A DNA stretch of 64,000 bases from a virus. Both the position numbers and the translations under genes were made by a program. Under the pieces are notes generated by a model. The model had not been told where the DNA came from, ran no database searches, and saw nothing but the letters and a program-made list of their open reading frames with translations. Below are positions 17,098 through 26,983 of the stretch, one piece after another. The DNA is taken from IMG/VR virus record IMGVR_UViG_3300045988_183986, one strand, 5' to 3'. Each line of letters begins with the position of its first letter. Positions within the stretch are counted from its first letter, which is position 1.

Positions 17098-17751
17098 TCA
17101 ACGAATACCGTATCCCATATCTTGTCGTACAAGTTTTATTTCCGAAGTGTCTTTCAGACTGTTCGGGAACATCTCTTTAGCGTAATCCTGATAGCGTTTC
17201 GTAACATACTTTACGCCGAGTTCTTCCGGCTTGATATCTGCTGCGGTCTTTCTGATACGTTGATTCGATGCGCGAGAAGAACATTTCTTGCATAAGCAAA
17301 GCGCGACATTAGAAATGCCTTCATTCCCGCAAACGGCGCATTTTGCATGCGTCTTATCTCTGTCCCATTCCTTTATTTCTTTTCCGTTTTCCGGGTCTAT
17401 TACAAGGCGGTTGCGCTTACAGCGGCGCACATAGAACACGCTTTGGCAGCAGGCAACGCATAAGCCTAAATCTTTGCGGTAGTGAGAAGAGAGACCATCT
17501 GTGACTTCACCGCACAAAAGGCATTTATTTTGAGAAACAATATTCTTGTACTTATTAGCCTTGTTCTCTAATAGCTTTTTTATGATTTCACCGGTCTTAT
17601 CGGGTTCAGGAGGATACGCATCCCATCCGTTTACAGGAAAAAAGCTGGAAAAGTCGTTCCATTCATCATCAGAAAACGAACAGCCGACAGGCTTGAGTAT
17701 CTTAGGAAGTTTATTGGACCATACTTTTTCTGCATTAGACTTCTTCGGCAT
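17098..17751 (-). CDS. Cys-rich hypothetical protein
   Basis: ORF 17098..17808. Likely start MPKKSNAEK. Multiple CxxC pairs. Stop abuts the IS right end. Confidence 0.45.
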   Translation of the reverse strand: MPKKSNAEKVWSNKLPKILKPVGCSFSDDEWNDFSSFFPVNGWDAYPPEPDKTGEIIKKLLENKANKYKNIVSQNKCLLCGEVTDGLSSHYRKDLGLCVACCQSVFYVRRCKRNRLVIDPENGKEIKEWDRDKTHAKCAVCGNEGISNVALCLCKKCSSRASNQRIRKTAADIKPEELGVKYVTKRYQDYAKEMFPNSLKDTSEIKLVRQDMGYGIR

Positions 17752-17782
17752 ACAGGCTCCTCCTTTGGAAGGAGTGACAGAA

Positions 17783-19207
17783 TCAATATTCTGCCACGAT
17801 GTTATCATCGGGTTTCTTCTTTATCAAAGAGTCCCCGAATCGATTTACATGTTCTTTCGGCGGTTCAATGACCTCGATGTCGGTATCCTCCACTTTTTCG
17901 ATTTCGTCAGAGGAATCGTCATCTTTTTCATTCTGAACCTTATCCGATGGATTGGTGATTTGTGCATCCTCTTTTGCAACATCTGAAAGCAAATCAAATG
18001 TCAACTGAGAATTTGAGGACGCTGGTTTCTTTTCTCTTTTCTTGGTTGTTTGGCGTTTTTTGGAAGTTCTTTTTGACTTTACAGGTTCATTGGAACCACC
18101 CTCGCTTGTTTTTGCACTTGCTGTGTTTGAATCAGCAACCGCATCCGCTGAAGCCTTATCCTTGTTTGTTTCTGTGACGGGTTCCTGAACCTTTTTGTTT
18201 TTTGATAAATCATCTTTGTCTGATTGTTTTGATTCCAAAGCAGAAGACTCTTGTGCGTTTGAACCTTGTCCTTCTTGCACTACAGATTCTTCCTTTACTG
18301 GAACCTTGGCAGTTCCCTTCTGCAAAAGGCCATCGATTGCTACAACGGCCTCAGACTTCTTTTCTTCGGACTCCGCCTTCTGTACTGCACGGCGAATCGC
18401 CTCGGTTTTTTCTTTCTTTTCTTTTTCTGCTGATGCGGTATTTTCGTTTTCCTTTATCTCAGCAGGCACATTCATGTCAGATTTCGAATTCCACCACTTT
18501 TCAATAGTAGTAATCGTTCTTTCTACTAATATTATACCACAAAATTTGTGGTTTGACAACTTGCGGCTCGGCACAAAGCATACAATGCCGCACAGAGAAA
18601 CAACCAGTAAAACAATAGCAAGTCCTGCATCAAAAATAAAACAAATAAACGACACCGGAATCAGCAGTTCACAGATACCACGCATGATAAATACTGTTTT
18701 ATCTCCTTGGTCTTTTCGGTTTTGCATAAAACTGTCTCTCCCCTTCTGCGGGTGATAAGACAAACCACTTGACAAGCCGTTTGTTGCCCAATCACAAGGT
18801 ATCTCGTAAGTCTTTTCTCCTAAGCTGTCTGTGTACTGAATTACAGCAATATCAAAATACTCACCATTCTTCTGTGATGCCAAGAATGCACGTAAGAATT
18901 CATTTCCAACAGACCGCGCAGGAACAATAATCGTTTCGATGCCGTCAGAATCTTTTGCGGCGATATCTACTACATAGGTATCATCTTCACCGCGCCATAC
19001 GTTCTGCACAATACCGCGCACCAATATACCGCGCTTATGAACACGCCTTCCCATAAAAGTAAAGGAGTTTTCAGAGTACCATGTGTTTACCATGCAATAC
19101 GCAGCAATAATAAGCAATGTAAGGTACTTAACATTTATGGAGATAATGCTTAAAGAAAAAATATACGGAACGAGCATCAGCAAGACGAATGATACAAAGC
19201 TATTCAC
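17783..19207 (-). CDS. membrane protein with K/E-rich C-terminal half, hypothetical (contains internal class A promoter)
   Basis: 474-aa ORF. N-terminal TM segments. C-terminal low-complexity K/E/S-rich region. Confidence 0.45.
   Translation of the reverse strand: MNSFVSFVLLMLVPYIFSLSIISINVKYLTLLIIAAYCMVNTWYSENSFTFMGRRVHKRGILVRGIVQNVWRGEDDTYVVDIAAKDSDGIETIIVPARSVGNEFLRAFLASQKNGEYFDIAVIQYTDSLGEKTYEIPCDWATNGLSSGLSYHPQKGRDSFMQNRKDQGDKTVFIMRGICELLIPVSFICFIFDAGLAIVLLVVSLCGIVCFVPSRKLSNHKFCGIILVERTITTIEKWWNSKSDMNVPAEIKENENTASAEKEKKEKTEAIRRAVQKAESEEKKSEAVVAIDGLLQKGTAKVPVKEESVVQEGQGSNAQESSALESKQSDKDDLSKNKKVQEPVTETNKDKASADAVADSNTASAKTSEGGSNEPVKSKRTSKKRQTTKKREKKPASSNSQLTFDLLSDVAKEDAQITNPSDKVQNEKDDDSSDEIEKVEDTDIEVIEPPKEHVNRFGDSLIKKKPDDNIVAEY
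18525..18560 (-). promoter_or_regulatory. class A promoter-like sequence inside ORF 17783..19207
   Basis: Minus strand TTGTCAaaccacaaattttgTGGTATAATATT shares the exact TGTGGTATAATAT block with intergenic class A promoters. Confidence 0.4.
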
Positions 19208-19887
19208 TTTGAATCACCGCCTTCGCCAAATCCGTCCAAAAAGACAAGATTTTCTTTTGTGTGTTTCTTTTTTTGTTCAATAACTTCTTTTTCGGCTTCT
19301 TGTTTGACTTTATCGTACGCTTCCAACGGACTCATGGAAGGTACAGATTTCTGCGTATCAGCAGGGACGATAGTATCATCGTTTTTGACGGCTGTCGTTA
19401 CACGACTGCAGGTTACGAGATTTCTGTCATTAAACGCAGTTACGCCATCCTCATTTGATTTAAAAATAAAGTCATACATAGCACCAACGAAGAAAGAGTT
19501 TTTAACGTTTTTCTTTGATTCGTTGACGCTGAGGAAAAAATCGTATTTTCCGTTTTTGTCGATAAACTCTCCATCCTCATTGACAGGGATGATTCGATAG
19601 GTTGAAATCTGCTGGCGAATCATATTTTTGCTGGACTCATCGGATACAACAATTCCCTTAACAGTCTTATACCGTTCATTTTTTTCATCATTATGAATCT
19701 CATAAATTTGAAAAATAAAATAAGCAGCGCACATCAAGCCGATAAGAAGAATCTTCCACTCCCGCATTACAACAACACCGAAAATAGAAGCAATCAAGAA
19801 CAGAATGGCGATAAGCCCATTCTTCACATACATAGATGTGATAAGGGATTTGCAATCCGGATGATAAATCTTAGACATTTTATTCAC
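19204..19887 (-). CDS. membrane protein, hypothetical
   Basis: 227 aa, two N-terminal TM segments. Confidence 0.45.
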   Translation of the reverse strand: MNKMSKIYHPDCKSLITSMYVKNGLIAILFLIASIFGVVVMREWKILLIGLMCAAYFIFQIYEIHNDEKNERYKTVKGIVVSDESSKNMIRQQISTYRIIPVNEDGEFIDKNGKYDFFLSVNESKKNVKNSFFVGAMYDFIFKSNEDGVTAFNDRNLVTCSRVTTAVKNDDTIVPADTQKSVPSMSPLEAYDKVKQEAEKEVIEQKKKHTKENLVFLDGFGEGGDSK

Positions 19888-20866
19888 CGCCTTCTACGTT
19901 AGAATCTTTATCTGCGCTGTTTGTCGTACTGGCCGACTGTAAAATGCTTGCACCCTGCTCATTCAAAACATCCTCGATTGTCTTGTCGCGTAGTTTAATA
20001 CTGGACAAAACGACATCGTAAGACTCCCCAGACGAAGTAGTTACCCGTGCGATATATTGAATGGTCGTATCCCCCGCAAGCAATGCGCCATCTATTGTTT
20101 GCTTCTGACGATTTCCATCCTTATCTTCGGTCTCAACCACATACATATCCTGTGACGCTTTTTGTGCAGATACAGAAGACGTCATAACAATATCTCCGGC
20201 CTTCATATCAGAGGTCGCGAACTTATTTACGATGGAACCTGTTCTATCCACAAAGAACACGGGAGTATCCTGCTGCATCTTCCCATCGCCGTCTACGAAA
20301 TGCGAACCGCATAAGGATTCGTATTCGTTGACACTCAAAGTCTTATAGCTGAGTTCTGAATCCTCGATGGTATCCCCAGAAGGAATATCCACATTTACGA
20401 CAGCAACTTTATATTCTCCGGTAAGCTGCCCGCTGATTTGGACCCAGTTTGTGTATACGAAGAAGCCAATAGCGATGGCGGCAACGGCAACAATGAACAT
20501 TGCGATACCGATATTACGCTTGTTATTGTTTTTGATGATTTGTGCCTGTTCTAGGATTTCCTTACTGGCATGCTTAGTATCTTTAAGCGTCTGGTTTGCT
20601 TCATCCAGTGTATCGCTTGTCTTTGTAAGCACTTCGTAAGCTTTGGTCTCTCTATGGCCGACATTCACATTCAGCCCTTTTGCGCCATTGTTGTTGGCAG
20701 ACTTTGCGTTGTTGTATTCGGCGCGAAGCGTTTCCACAACGGAATCGTCAAGCGTCATCTGTTCCCCGTTAGGCAGAATTACCGTACCATCATCATAGAC
20801 ATCGAAAACACGTTCCTTGCCTTCATACATGGCGCGTACCTGACCGATAACATAATGTTCGTTCAT
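19880..20866 (-). CDS. single-pass membrane protein, hypothetical
   Basis: ORF 19880..20941. Likely start MNEHYVIGQ with AAGGGA RBS. Central TM IGIAMFIVAVAAIAIGFFVY. Confidence 0.45.
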   Translation of the reverse strand: MNEHYVIGQVRAMYEGKERVFDVYDDGTVILPNGEQMTLDDSVVETLRAEYNNAKSANNNGAKGLNVNVGHRETKAYEVLTKTSDTLDEANQTLKDTKHASKEILEQAQIIKNNNKRNIGIAMFIVAVAAIAIGFFVYTNWVQISGQLTGEYKVAVVNVDIPSGDTIEDSELSYKTLSVNEYESLCGSHFVDGDGKMQQDTPVFFVDRTGSIVNKFATSDMKAGDIVMTSSVSAQKASQDMYVVETEDKDGNRQKQTIDGALLAGDTTIQYIARVTTSSGESYDVVLSSIKLRDKTIEDVLNEQGASILQSASTTNSADKDSNVEGGE

Positions 20867-20880
20867 GTTTATCACATCCC

Positions 20881-21375
20881 TTATCTCTTGTACTTTTCGA
20901 ACACCTTGCGCGAAGGAGCTCTCGGACCGCACATCTTGCACTTTTTACTCTGCTCAACATAATCAATGAGCATCTGACGTTCCCATTCAAGGTATTCGTC
21001 CATATTTTTTTCTTTCCATGAATCGAATTTGCCGTATGAAACACCGAGATAACTGGCGAATATGCTGACAGCATTCAGCATATAATCATTCGGGATTACA
21101 ACCCTTTTCCCGTCCAGATTGTAAGCATGTCCCGTAGTGATTTTGTTTCTTGTCTGTCCTATCTTCATTCGCCTCGTTTCTGTGTTCTTCTTTACCTGAG
21201 TTTCTCTTCTTAGGGTACTGCAGGACTTACAATATTGAGTGTTTTTGGCGGTAGAATAAAAAATCCTGCCGCATTCCTTGCATTTGCGTTCGTACGTTAT
21301 GGTTTTAGGAGTTGTACTTTGTTTTTGGGTTTCTGTATGGTTGCTGTTTTCAGAAGTACAATGATTCCGAGCCAT
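20881..21375 (-). CDS. zinc-ribbon hypothetical protein
   Basis: CKECGRIF...CKSC and CKMCG motifs. Confidence 0.4.
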   Translation of the reverse strand: MARNHCTSENSNHTETQKQSTTPKTITYERKCKECGRIFYSTAKNTQYCKSCSTLRRETQVKKNTETRRMKIGQTRNKITTGHAYNLDGKRVVIPNDYMLNAVSIFASYLGVSYGKFDSWKEKNMDEYLEWERQMLIDYVEQSKKCKMCGPRAPSRKVFEKYKR

Positions 21376-21391
21376 AATCTGTACCTCTTAT

Positions 21392-22453
21392 TTAAACGCG
21401 AGCGTCAATCAGGCAATTCAGCAGCCCGTTCGCGTCACAGCCAAACAATAAGCATCCGAACACACCAATGGCATGTCCTTTTCTGGTAGAGAATGTTCCT
21501 GCCGTAACACCAAGATGCCCGGCAATCTGCTCATCTGTCCAGTTGTACTTTTTCCCCTCAATCATTGCAAGGATAACGTCATAATAACGTTGACCAAGCG
21601 GAAACTGTTTCATGATTTCGACAGCCCCTCGTATGAGTTTCACATACTCCACAATGAGATAGGCATCGCTTCTGTTTTTATCAGAAACTTTGATTTTACT
21701 CAAATCTTCGTACGAAGAAGACCCAAGCAGTTTCATGGCGGGGTCCTTTGACCGTGAGGCACGATACAGAATACGCGTGTATTCCGTAAGAAGCAGCGGA
21801 ACATTATGATAAAGGCTTGCTTCTTCTACCCCGTCCACATCACTGCTTGTCATCAGGATTTTATAATATTCCTTGATAACACTACCTGCTGTATTGTAAA
21901 CGGATTCAATGCACCGCTCGCAATACTTCATGATTTTGATGCGTCCATTCTTCGGAAGAACGGCGGGATTCAAAAAGCAATCAAACACCTCCCGCATGCT
22001 GGAACAATAATCGACTTCGTACAAGAGTTCTAACCGCGACTCCTCAATGGCGTCAAGAAGCATCTGACAACTTTCGAAGTATTCTTTGCGTTTCCTGAAA
22101 TGCAAAGACTCTTCCTCAATATTCGGAGCCAGCCAGCTCTGAATACGGCGCAAACGGGAAATGGCTTCGACATCGCACATCTCATCGTCGTGAACGTTTT
22201 CACAGTTCTGCATCATGACATCAAGGTCTTGTGCCTGCATCATCCATTTGAGTGCCGGATACAATATCATCAGAACAGCCGCTTCTTTCAGTTCCGGCCG
22301 CTCTTCCACAACACGGTTTACGCACTTTGTCAGCACATAAGAATTGGGGATGTCTCCGCCAAAACTTCTACGCAGAACAATGTTGTCCTGCATAATAGCA
22401 TCGAGCAATGCGTAAAGCTGCTGTTCTTGGGCTTTATTCAATGCTTCGGACAA
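21392..22453 (-). CDS. sigma-70 region-4 (HTH) domain protein, possible divergent sigma factor/regulator
   Basis: C-terminus FPLGQRYYDVILAMIEGKKYNWTDEQIAGHLGVTAGTFSTRKGHAIGVF fits the sigma70_r4 pattern (LP.RQR.V..L.Y..g.s..EIA..LG.s.GTV.SR). No clear region 2 seen. Confidence 0.5.
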   Translation of the reverse strand: MSEALNKAQEQQLYALLDAIMQDNIVLRRSFGGDIPNSYVLTKCVNRVVEERPELKEAAVLMILYPALKWMMQAQDLDVMMQNCENVHDDEMCDVEAISRLRRIQSWLAPNIEEESLHFRKRKEYFESCQMLLDAIEESRLELLYEVDYCSSMREVFDCFLNPAVLPKNGRIKIMKYCERCIESVYNTAGSVIKEYYKILMTSSDVDGVEEASLYHNVPLLLTEYTRILYRASRSKDPAMKLLGSSSYEDLSKIKVSDKNRSDAYLIVEYVKLIRGAVEIMKQFPLGQRYYDVILAMIEGKKYNWTDEQIAGHLGVTAGTFSTRKGHAIGVFGCLLFGCDANGLLNCLIDARV

Positions 22454-22893
22454 TTTGCCTTCCCTCCTTTCGCAAGATTCGTTTCAATATGAATATGCGT
22501 GTTATCATGTACGGTTTCGGACAAAAGGCCACTATAATGGAACATGACCTTGTACTTCTTTGCGCTACAGGCATATTTGAGTCGCGCCCAAAGGTCTTTG
22601 TTATGACTGGGCTCAGTATCGCCGTCCTCTACGCCAAAAGAAGCACCAGTACGCGCAATCGCATTATCGCTGCTGAATACGACAATCTGAGACCCTGTTG
22701 GCAAACCGATGTTCTCGATAATGCGGCAGAGCTCTGCCAATTTCAGTCTTGTATAACCAATTGGAGTAGCCATAAAATAAGTATCCTTCTGTCTATCCGA
22801 CTTGGCGGAAGGATTTACGACAAAACTGTGAACGCACACCTCCCCATTCAGTTCCGGCGTTTTGACGATATCAAGATAAATAATAGCGGCCAT
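22438..22893 (-). CDS. RNase HI-like protein
   Basis: IIYLDIVK (first Asp), YTRLKLAELCRI (Glu), IVVFSSDNA (Asp), DLWARL and HYSGLLSETVHDN align with RNase HI catalytic motifs (TDGS/ME-L/STDS/DLW-RL/GH). Overlaps and is coupled to the sigma r4 gene. Confidence 0.55.
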   Translation of the reverse strand: MAAIIYLDIVKTPELNGEVCVHSFVVNPSAKSDRQKDTYFMATPIGYTRLKLAELCRIIENIGLPTGSQIVVFSSDNAIARTGASFGVEDGDTEPSHNKDLWARLKYACSAKKYKVMFHYSGLLSETVHDNTHIHIETNLAKGGKANCPKH

Positions 22894-22919
22894 AAATCGC
22901 TCCCCCTAATGTACAGTAA

Positions 22920-22952
22920 TTGACTTTTTCGCGTTTTTGTGGTATTATATAA
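22920..22952 (+). promoter_or_regulatory. class A-type promoter on plus strand
   Basis: TTGACTttttcgcgtttttgTGGTATTATATA upstream of 23048..23710. Confidence 0.5.
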
Positions 22953-23047
22953 GTGCAGTAAAGGTATAATTTATATTACCGGTTACAAAGATTGTTGTTT
23001 TCGGTAATTATATAAACTTGTCTGTTAAACCAAGCAGGAGGGAAATT

Positions 23048-23710
23048 ATGAGTAACAATATCAACAACAACCACGAATCGGTAGAGAATATCTTCAATGC
23101 TTTCTTGATGGGAGGCAAAATGAACACTGCTTCCAAACAAGAACGAGCAAAAATTGTAGATACCTTTATGGAACAGGCAAAATCTTGCTTTGTTGACACG
23201 GAGAATACCGTGAAATATCTGAATGTTCTGATGGAACGGACGAGACTCCGTTATGGGTTTACCGCTGATGAATTTGCAGCAATGTTGGGATACAGCAGCA
23301 CTGCCGCTTACAACAAGACATTCATGCAACCAAATGCAAACTTTGGAACTGTAGTATTTCCTTATGTGGTTCAGTTTTGCTATCTGTTTGGCTATAATTT
23401 GTCAATTCCTGATTCCGTGTCTGCTCCGCAAACAGTGGCAGACCTATACTCTTTGGAACTGGCTTCTTTTCTGATTTCTCTTGGCCCCGATGCAATGGAT
23501 GATATTTCAAGAACATTGGTCGGTGCCGAATACCTTGACCCGAATTTAAGAAAAACAAGTTCTCAAATACTTTCAAAGGCAAAGAAATACTTCTATGGTA
23601 ATGATGGTGAAGCGTTACCCAATGAAGTTCAGTACCGCAACAGATTAGATAACGCTGAGAATAAGATTAAGCGTCTCGATAAAATAGAGAAAGCCAATCA
23701 CGACAAATGA
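23048..23710 (+). CDS. HTH (XRE-like) domain protein
   Basis: ORF 23018..23710. Start MSNNINNNHE with GGAGGG RBS. FTADEFAAMLGYSSTAAYNK helix-turn-helix-like segment. Confidence 0.45.
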   Translation: MSNNINNNHESVENIFNAFLMGGKMNTASKQERAKIVDTFMEQAKSCFVDTENTVKYLNVLMERTRLRYGFTADEFAAMLGYSSTAAYNKTFMQPNANFGTVVFPYVVQFCYLFGYNLSIPDSVSAPQTVADLYSLELASFLISLGPDAMDDISRTLVGAEYLDPNLRKTSSQILSKAKKYFYGNDGEALPNEVQYRNRLDNAENKIKRLDKIEKANHDK

Positions 23711-24175
23711 TTAGCCGCCAAACATATCGGCTAACTGTAATGCAAGCATCGCTTCTTCTGAAATAGGAGGCGGTGCTTCTTCTGTTTTGGGAGTTGTGTT
23801 GATGGTTTGTGTGTCTGTAATGTTTTGGGGGGAGTAATTTGAAGCTGGCGCAGCTACCGCAATCCCGTTTTTCTGAATGCTGCTTGTCACTGCATCTACA
23901 ATCTGAGGGATACAGCTTCTGATTTCTTCTGCTATTGTGTTTTGCAGTTCCTCTTTTAAGATGGACTGCGCTTCTTGCATCTCATGTTGTTTTGTAGCCT
24001 TGTCGATTATAGCATTTACAACCGCATCGGTTTTTCCGCCGCGTTGCAAACTGTTCAGATAATCATATACAAGTACATGATTGTCTTTGCTTAAATCAAA
24101 AACAAGTGTGGTTCGTACCGTCGTGCCAACGGTCTCTTTTTCTGTTTCATTCTTTTTGGGACGTCCACGCGGCAT
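23711..24175 (-). CDS. parR: ParR-like ribbon-helix-helix centromere-binding protein
   Basis: DNHVLVYDYLNSLQRGGKTDAVVNAIIDKAT resembles the pSK41-type ParR N-terminal RHH (YPQIFDFLENVPRGTKTAHIREAL). AT-hook-like MPRGRPKK. Immediately downstream of parM. Confidence 0.5.
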   Translation of the reverse strand: MPRGRPKKNETEKETVGTTVRTTLVFDLSKDNHVLVYDYLNSLQRGGKTDAVVNAIIDKATKQHEMQEAQSILKEELQNTIAEEIRSCIPQIVDAVTSSIQKNGIAVAAPASNYSPQNITDTQTINTTPKTEEAPPPISEEAMLALQLADMFGG

Positions 24176-24208
24176 TCAGTGCTCACCACGCTTTCGAAAA
24201 CGGTGCTC

Positions 24209-25168
24209 TTAAATTTCACCGCTCATGGTCAGCTTTGCACGAGCCATGATTTCATATCCTTTTGCATTTGCGGTTACATCCGTCAAGAAGAAAAGGTTCT
24301 TGGTGTCAATGGCTCGCTCGATGCTTTCGCGCATCATAGCAGAACCACCGCCCATAAAGATGAAATAGGATGTTTTGAAGTCGTCCTTGATTTTTTCGGA
24401 AATCGTACGAATCAATGCTGTTGCATAATTGTCTGCGGTTTCCTTGGCAATTTTCACGGCGTTTTCATCGACCAGCATGTTGTTGTTCCCTGCAAGGATT
24501 GCCTCAGCCATGTAGTCATCGACCGACAAGGAACAATGGACACGCAGCTCGCTCTCGACAGTGCTCAGGAGTTCAATGACTCCACGGTCATAGCTTTCGC
24601 AGAAAGAAAGGTCCGGAGCATAAGTGTTGCCACGACCAGAGAAACGAATCACATCCGTGGTATACCCGCCGATGTCTACGACATAAGAACGGGGATAGCG
24701 CTTGATTTCCTTCTGAATCTCGCTTGCTGCCGTAATAGAAAAGCCCTGAGGATAGACAAAGACATGCTTGACAGTAATCTCAAACGGGATATCTTTGTAC
24801 ATGAAATTGATGAGTTTCCCGCTTTTGCCGAAATACTCATCATACTTCGCTTTCAGGGACATATGCTGCGGGGGCAAGCCCATCGCGAGGCATACATCGT
24901 ATTTGTAGAATTTCTGATTGGGATACTTCTTTATAAGGTTCTTTGCTACGGCAATCAGCGTCAGCAAAAAGTAAGTATCATCCTTCGTCTTATCCTGCTG
25001 ATAAGGCGTGCGGCTGTCATTGAGAGAATAATACTTCCCCATATAGCACATCGTCTCTCCCTTGATAGCCGGTTCAGTCGTACCGTGACGAACAAGACCA
25101 GTGGGAAACGGCTCACAGCCAGGCGTCTTCATTGCCTTGTTTCCGGTATCTACTCCAATAATCTCCAT
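24209..25168 (-). CDS. parM: actin-like segregation ATPase ParM/StbA family
   Basis: ORF 24209..25468. Start MEIIGVDTGNKAMK with GGAGGA RBS (phosphate-1 motif). DIGGYTTDV (phosphate-2/adenosine motif). Confidence 0.7.
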   Translation of the reverse strand: MEIIGVDTGNKAMKTPGCEPFPTGLVRHGTTEPAIKGETMCYMGKYYSLNDSRTPYQQDKTKDDTYFLLTLIAVAKNLIKKYPNQKFYKYDVCLAMGLPPQHMSLKAKYDEYFGKSGKLINFMYKDIPFEITVKHVFVYPQGFSITAASEIQKEIKRYPRSYVVDIGGYTTDVIRFSGRGNTYAPDLSFCESYDRGVIELLSTVESELRVHCSLSVDDYMAEAILAGNNNMLVDENAVKIAKETADNYATALIRTISEKIKDDFKTSYFIFMGGGSAMMRESIERAIDTKNLFFLTDVTANAKGYEIMARAKLTMSGEI

Positions 25169-25279
25169 AAAAAATCCTCCGAACGAGTCGCAATATAGTT
25201 GAAAGTACGAATTTTGGGATACTCTGCGTGATAAAATATAAGTGTCTACCAGATAACAATGGGACTCACTGACTGATGT

Positions 25280-25390
25280 ATAGCGGTTGTTAAAACGGAA
25301 AGAACAACTAATATACAACTGCCTGTTGTTATCATGATACCACACATGCAGTTGTCCAGCAACGAACTTTTGTTCGCATAGACAACAAAA
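25280..25390. promoter_or_regulatory. cluster of GTTGT/ACAAC inverted repeats (candidate parC centromere / divergent operator region)
   Basis: GTTGTTaaaacggaaagAACAAC, ACAACtgcctGTTGT, GTTGtccagCAAC, gACAACa within ~110 bp between parM (minus) and the XRE gene (plus). Confidence 0.45.
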
Positions 25391-25406
25391 AAGAAAGGAG
25401 TTATTT

Positions 25407-25637
25407 ATGCCATCCACCTTTGATACCATGGTAGGAAAGCGAATCAAAAAGCAACGAATGGAAATCAATTACAGCCAAGAACAGTTGGCGGCAAGCACGA
25501 ATTGTTCCTATCGCTGCATCCAAAAATGGGAGTCAGGAAAGACGATGCCGCGAGCGCAGATGCTATGTAATTTAGCAAAAGCCTTACATGTTTCGTCTGA
25601 CTGGCTGCTGGGTATTTCCAATGACAGGAACGGTTAA
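25407..25637 (+). CDS. XRE-family HTH transcriptional regulator
   Basis: 76 aa. INYSQEQLAASTNCSYRCIQKWESGKTMP is a classic Cro/CI-type HTH. AAAGGAG RBS. Confidence 0.7.
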   Translation: MPSTFDTMVGKRIKKQRMEINYSQEQLAASTNCSYRCIQKWESGKTMPRAQMLCNLAKALHVSSDWLLGISNDRNG

Positions 25638-26983
25638 TCGTTTACCGGGAAAACCAGCGTCTTAGCGATTGTCTCGGCAAGGTCCTGAAACTCGCTCTCA
25701 ACGTGCTCCGGGATAAAACCGATAGCAGCTTCCCTCTTCAAAACGTCGATAGCCTTCGTAAACTGAGAACGGGTGTACGAATACCCCCAACGAAGACCAT
25801 CGGCGTTTTGCTGTAGAATTTCGCAAAGCGGGTCCAGCACAACAAACATGATTTCCTTCACGTTGTTTTCCGTGCAGATACGCATAGCCTCGATAGCTCC
25901 GGCAAAGCCGTACTCCCATTCATCGCTCGTGTGTCCACACATACCGTGGATGATTCGCTTGTCTCCCATATCTACCACGATACCGTAAGCGCCTTCACGC
26001 GTCTCGTCGTTGTAAACGCAAGTGAGGAATACATTCGTACGGAATGCATTCGAAGCCTTCATGGCGGAATCATATTTTGAACCACGGTCGCTCTTCATCG
26101 GAACAATGCCGGTAATAGAAAGCTTGTCTGTCTTAGGCTTCTCCATCTGCATACCGGACTGTCCACGAGCCATGATTGCACTATTCCCTTTCTGAGGAGA
26201 TTCTGTGCGCTGTGCAGGCTGTGAAACAGGCTTCTGAACGGGTTTCGCCTCTGGCTTCATTTCCGGTGCAGAAGCCGTCTTATCCGTCACGGGCTTTTTA
26301 TCCTTAGCCGGAATGACAGGAGGCTTGGGCTGTTCCGAAATCTGTTCGGAAACAGGAGGCTTTGCAATCACCGGAGCGACCTTCTTCTGTTCCGGTTCGG
26401 CATCTTTCGGCCCTTGTTCGTTTTCTTCCGTTTTGTTCAGAACCGTTTCAAAAACATGGAGCGCTTCCTTCGTTTTAGACTCGGTAGCCTCATTTTTGGA
26501 TTCGTCCTTTACAGGAAGAGATTCTTCTTTTACGGGTTCATCCTTTGTTGCAAGCTTGACGGCGGGATTTGATTGCGGTTTCGGTTCTTTCTTAGCGGTG
26601 ACACCGAAAAGGTTTGCGAGAAGTTCTTCCTCTTTCTTCTTCCTTTCAGCTTCCTGCTTCTTGCGTTCTTCCGCAAGCTTACGTTCCTGCTCTGCCTTTT
26701 CGGCTTCTTCTTTTTCAATTTGCTTGCGCATCTTTGCGCGGCGAGCTTCCTCGATGCGCTTTGCTTCTTCTTCTTCTTTCTTTTTCTTTTCGAGATACTC
26801 AGAGTGAATCGGACGAGATGTCGTGGGAGCTGCCTGCAGAGGCTTCTTTGCTTCCACCTGTTCCCCCTTATTCTCCTCCTTCTTGAGCTTTTCCTTTTCT
26901 GCGGCATCAACTTTGCGCTGTGTCATATTGTTGAACAGCTTATTCAACGCCTCAGACTCGGCGATATAAGACTCCTTACTCAT
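25634..26983 (-). CDS. K/E-rich coiled-coil protein with conserved C-terminal globular domain, hypothetical
   Basis: 449 aa. Long charged low-complexity region then ~150-aa ordered domain. Overlaps upstream gene by 8 nt. Confidence 0.4.
   Translation of the reverse strand: MSKESYIAESEALNKLFNNMTQRKVDAAEKEKLKKEENKGEQVEAKKPLQAAPTTSRPIHSEYLEKKKKEEEEAKRIEEARRAKMRKQIEKEEAEKAEQERKLAEERKKQEAERKKKEEELLANLFGVTAKKEPKPQSNPAVKLATKDEPVKEESLPVKDESKNEATESKTKEALHVFETVLNKTEENEQGPKDAEPEQKKVAPVIAKPPVSEQISEQPKPPVIPAKDKKPVTDKTASAPEMKPEAKPVQKPVSQPAQRTESPQKGNSAIMARGQSGMQMEKPKTDKLSITGIVPMKSDRGSKYDSAMKASNAFRTNVFLTCVYNDETREGAYGIVVDMGDKRIIHGMCGHTSDEWEYGFAGAIEAMRICTENNVKEIMFVVLDPLCEILQQNADGLRWGYSYTRSQFTKAIDVLKREAAIGFIPEHVESEFQDLAETIAKTLVFPVND

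Larger units (their letters stand above)
15715..17100 (+). mobile_element. IS200/IS605-family, IS1341-like element (tnpB only, no tnpA)
   Basis: TnpB gene flanked by similar same-strand hairpins CCCCTTGTTTTAGCTATGGGGA (~15735) and CCCCCTGCTTTAGCCGTGGGGA (~17070), typical LE/RE subterminal structures. Exact ends not determinable. Confidence 0.55.

Noticed and set aside
25634-26983. RNase H-like fold in the C-terminal domain of the K/E-rich protein
   Set aside because: Only vague D/E/D spacing. Not enough motif support, unlike the clear RNase HI match at 22438..22893.
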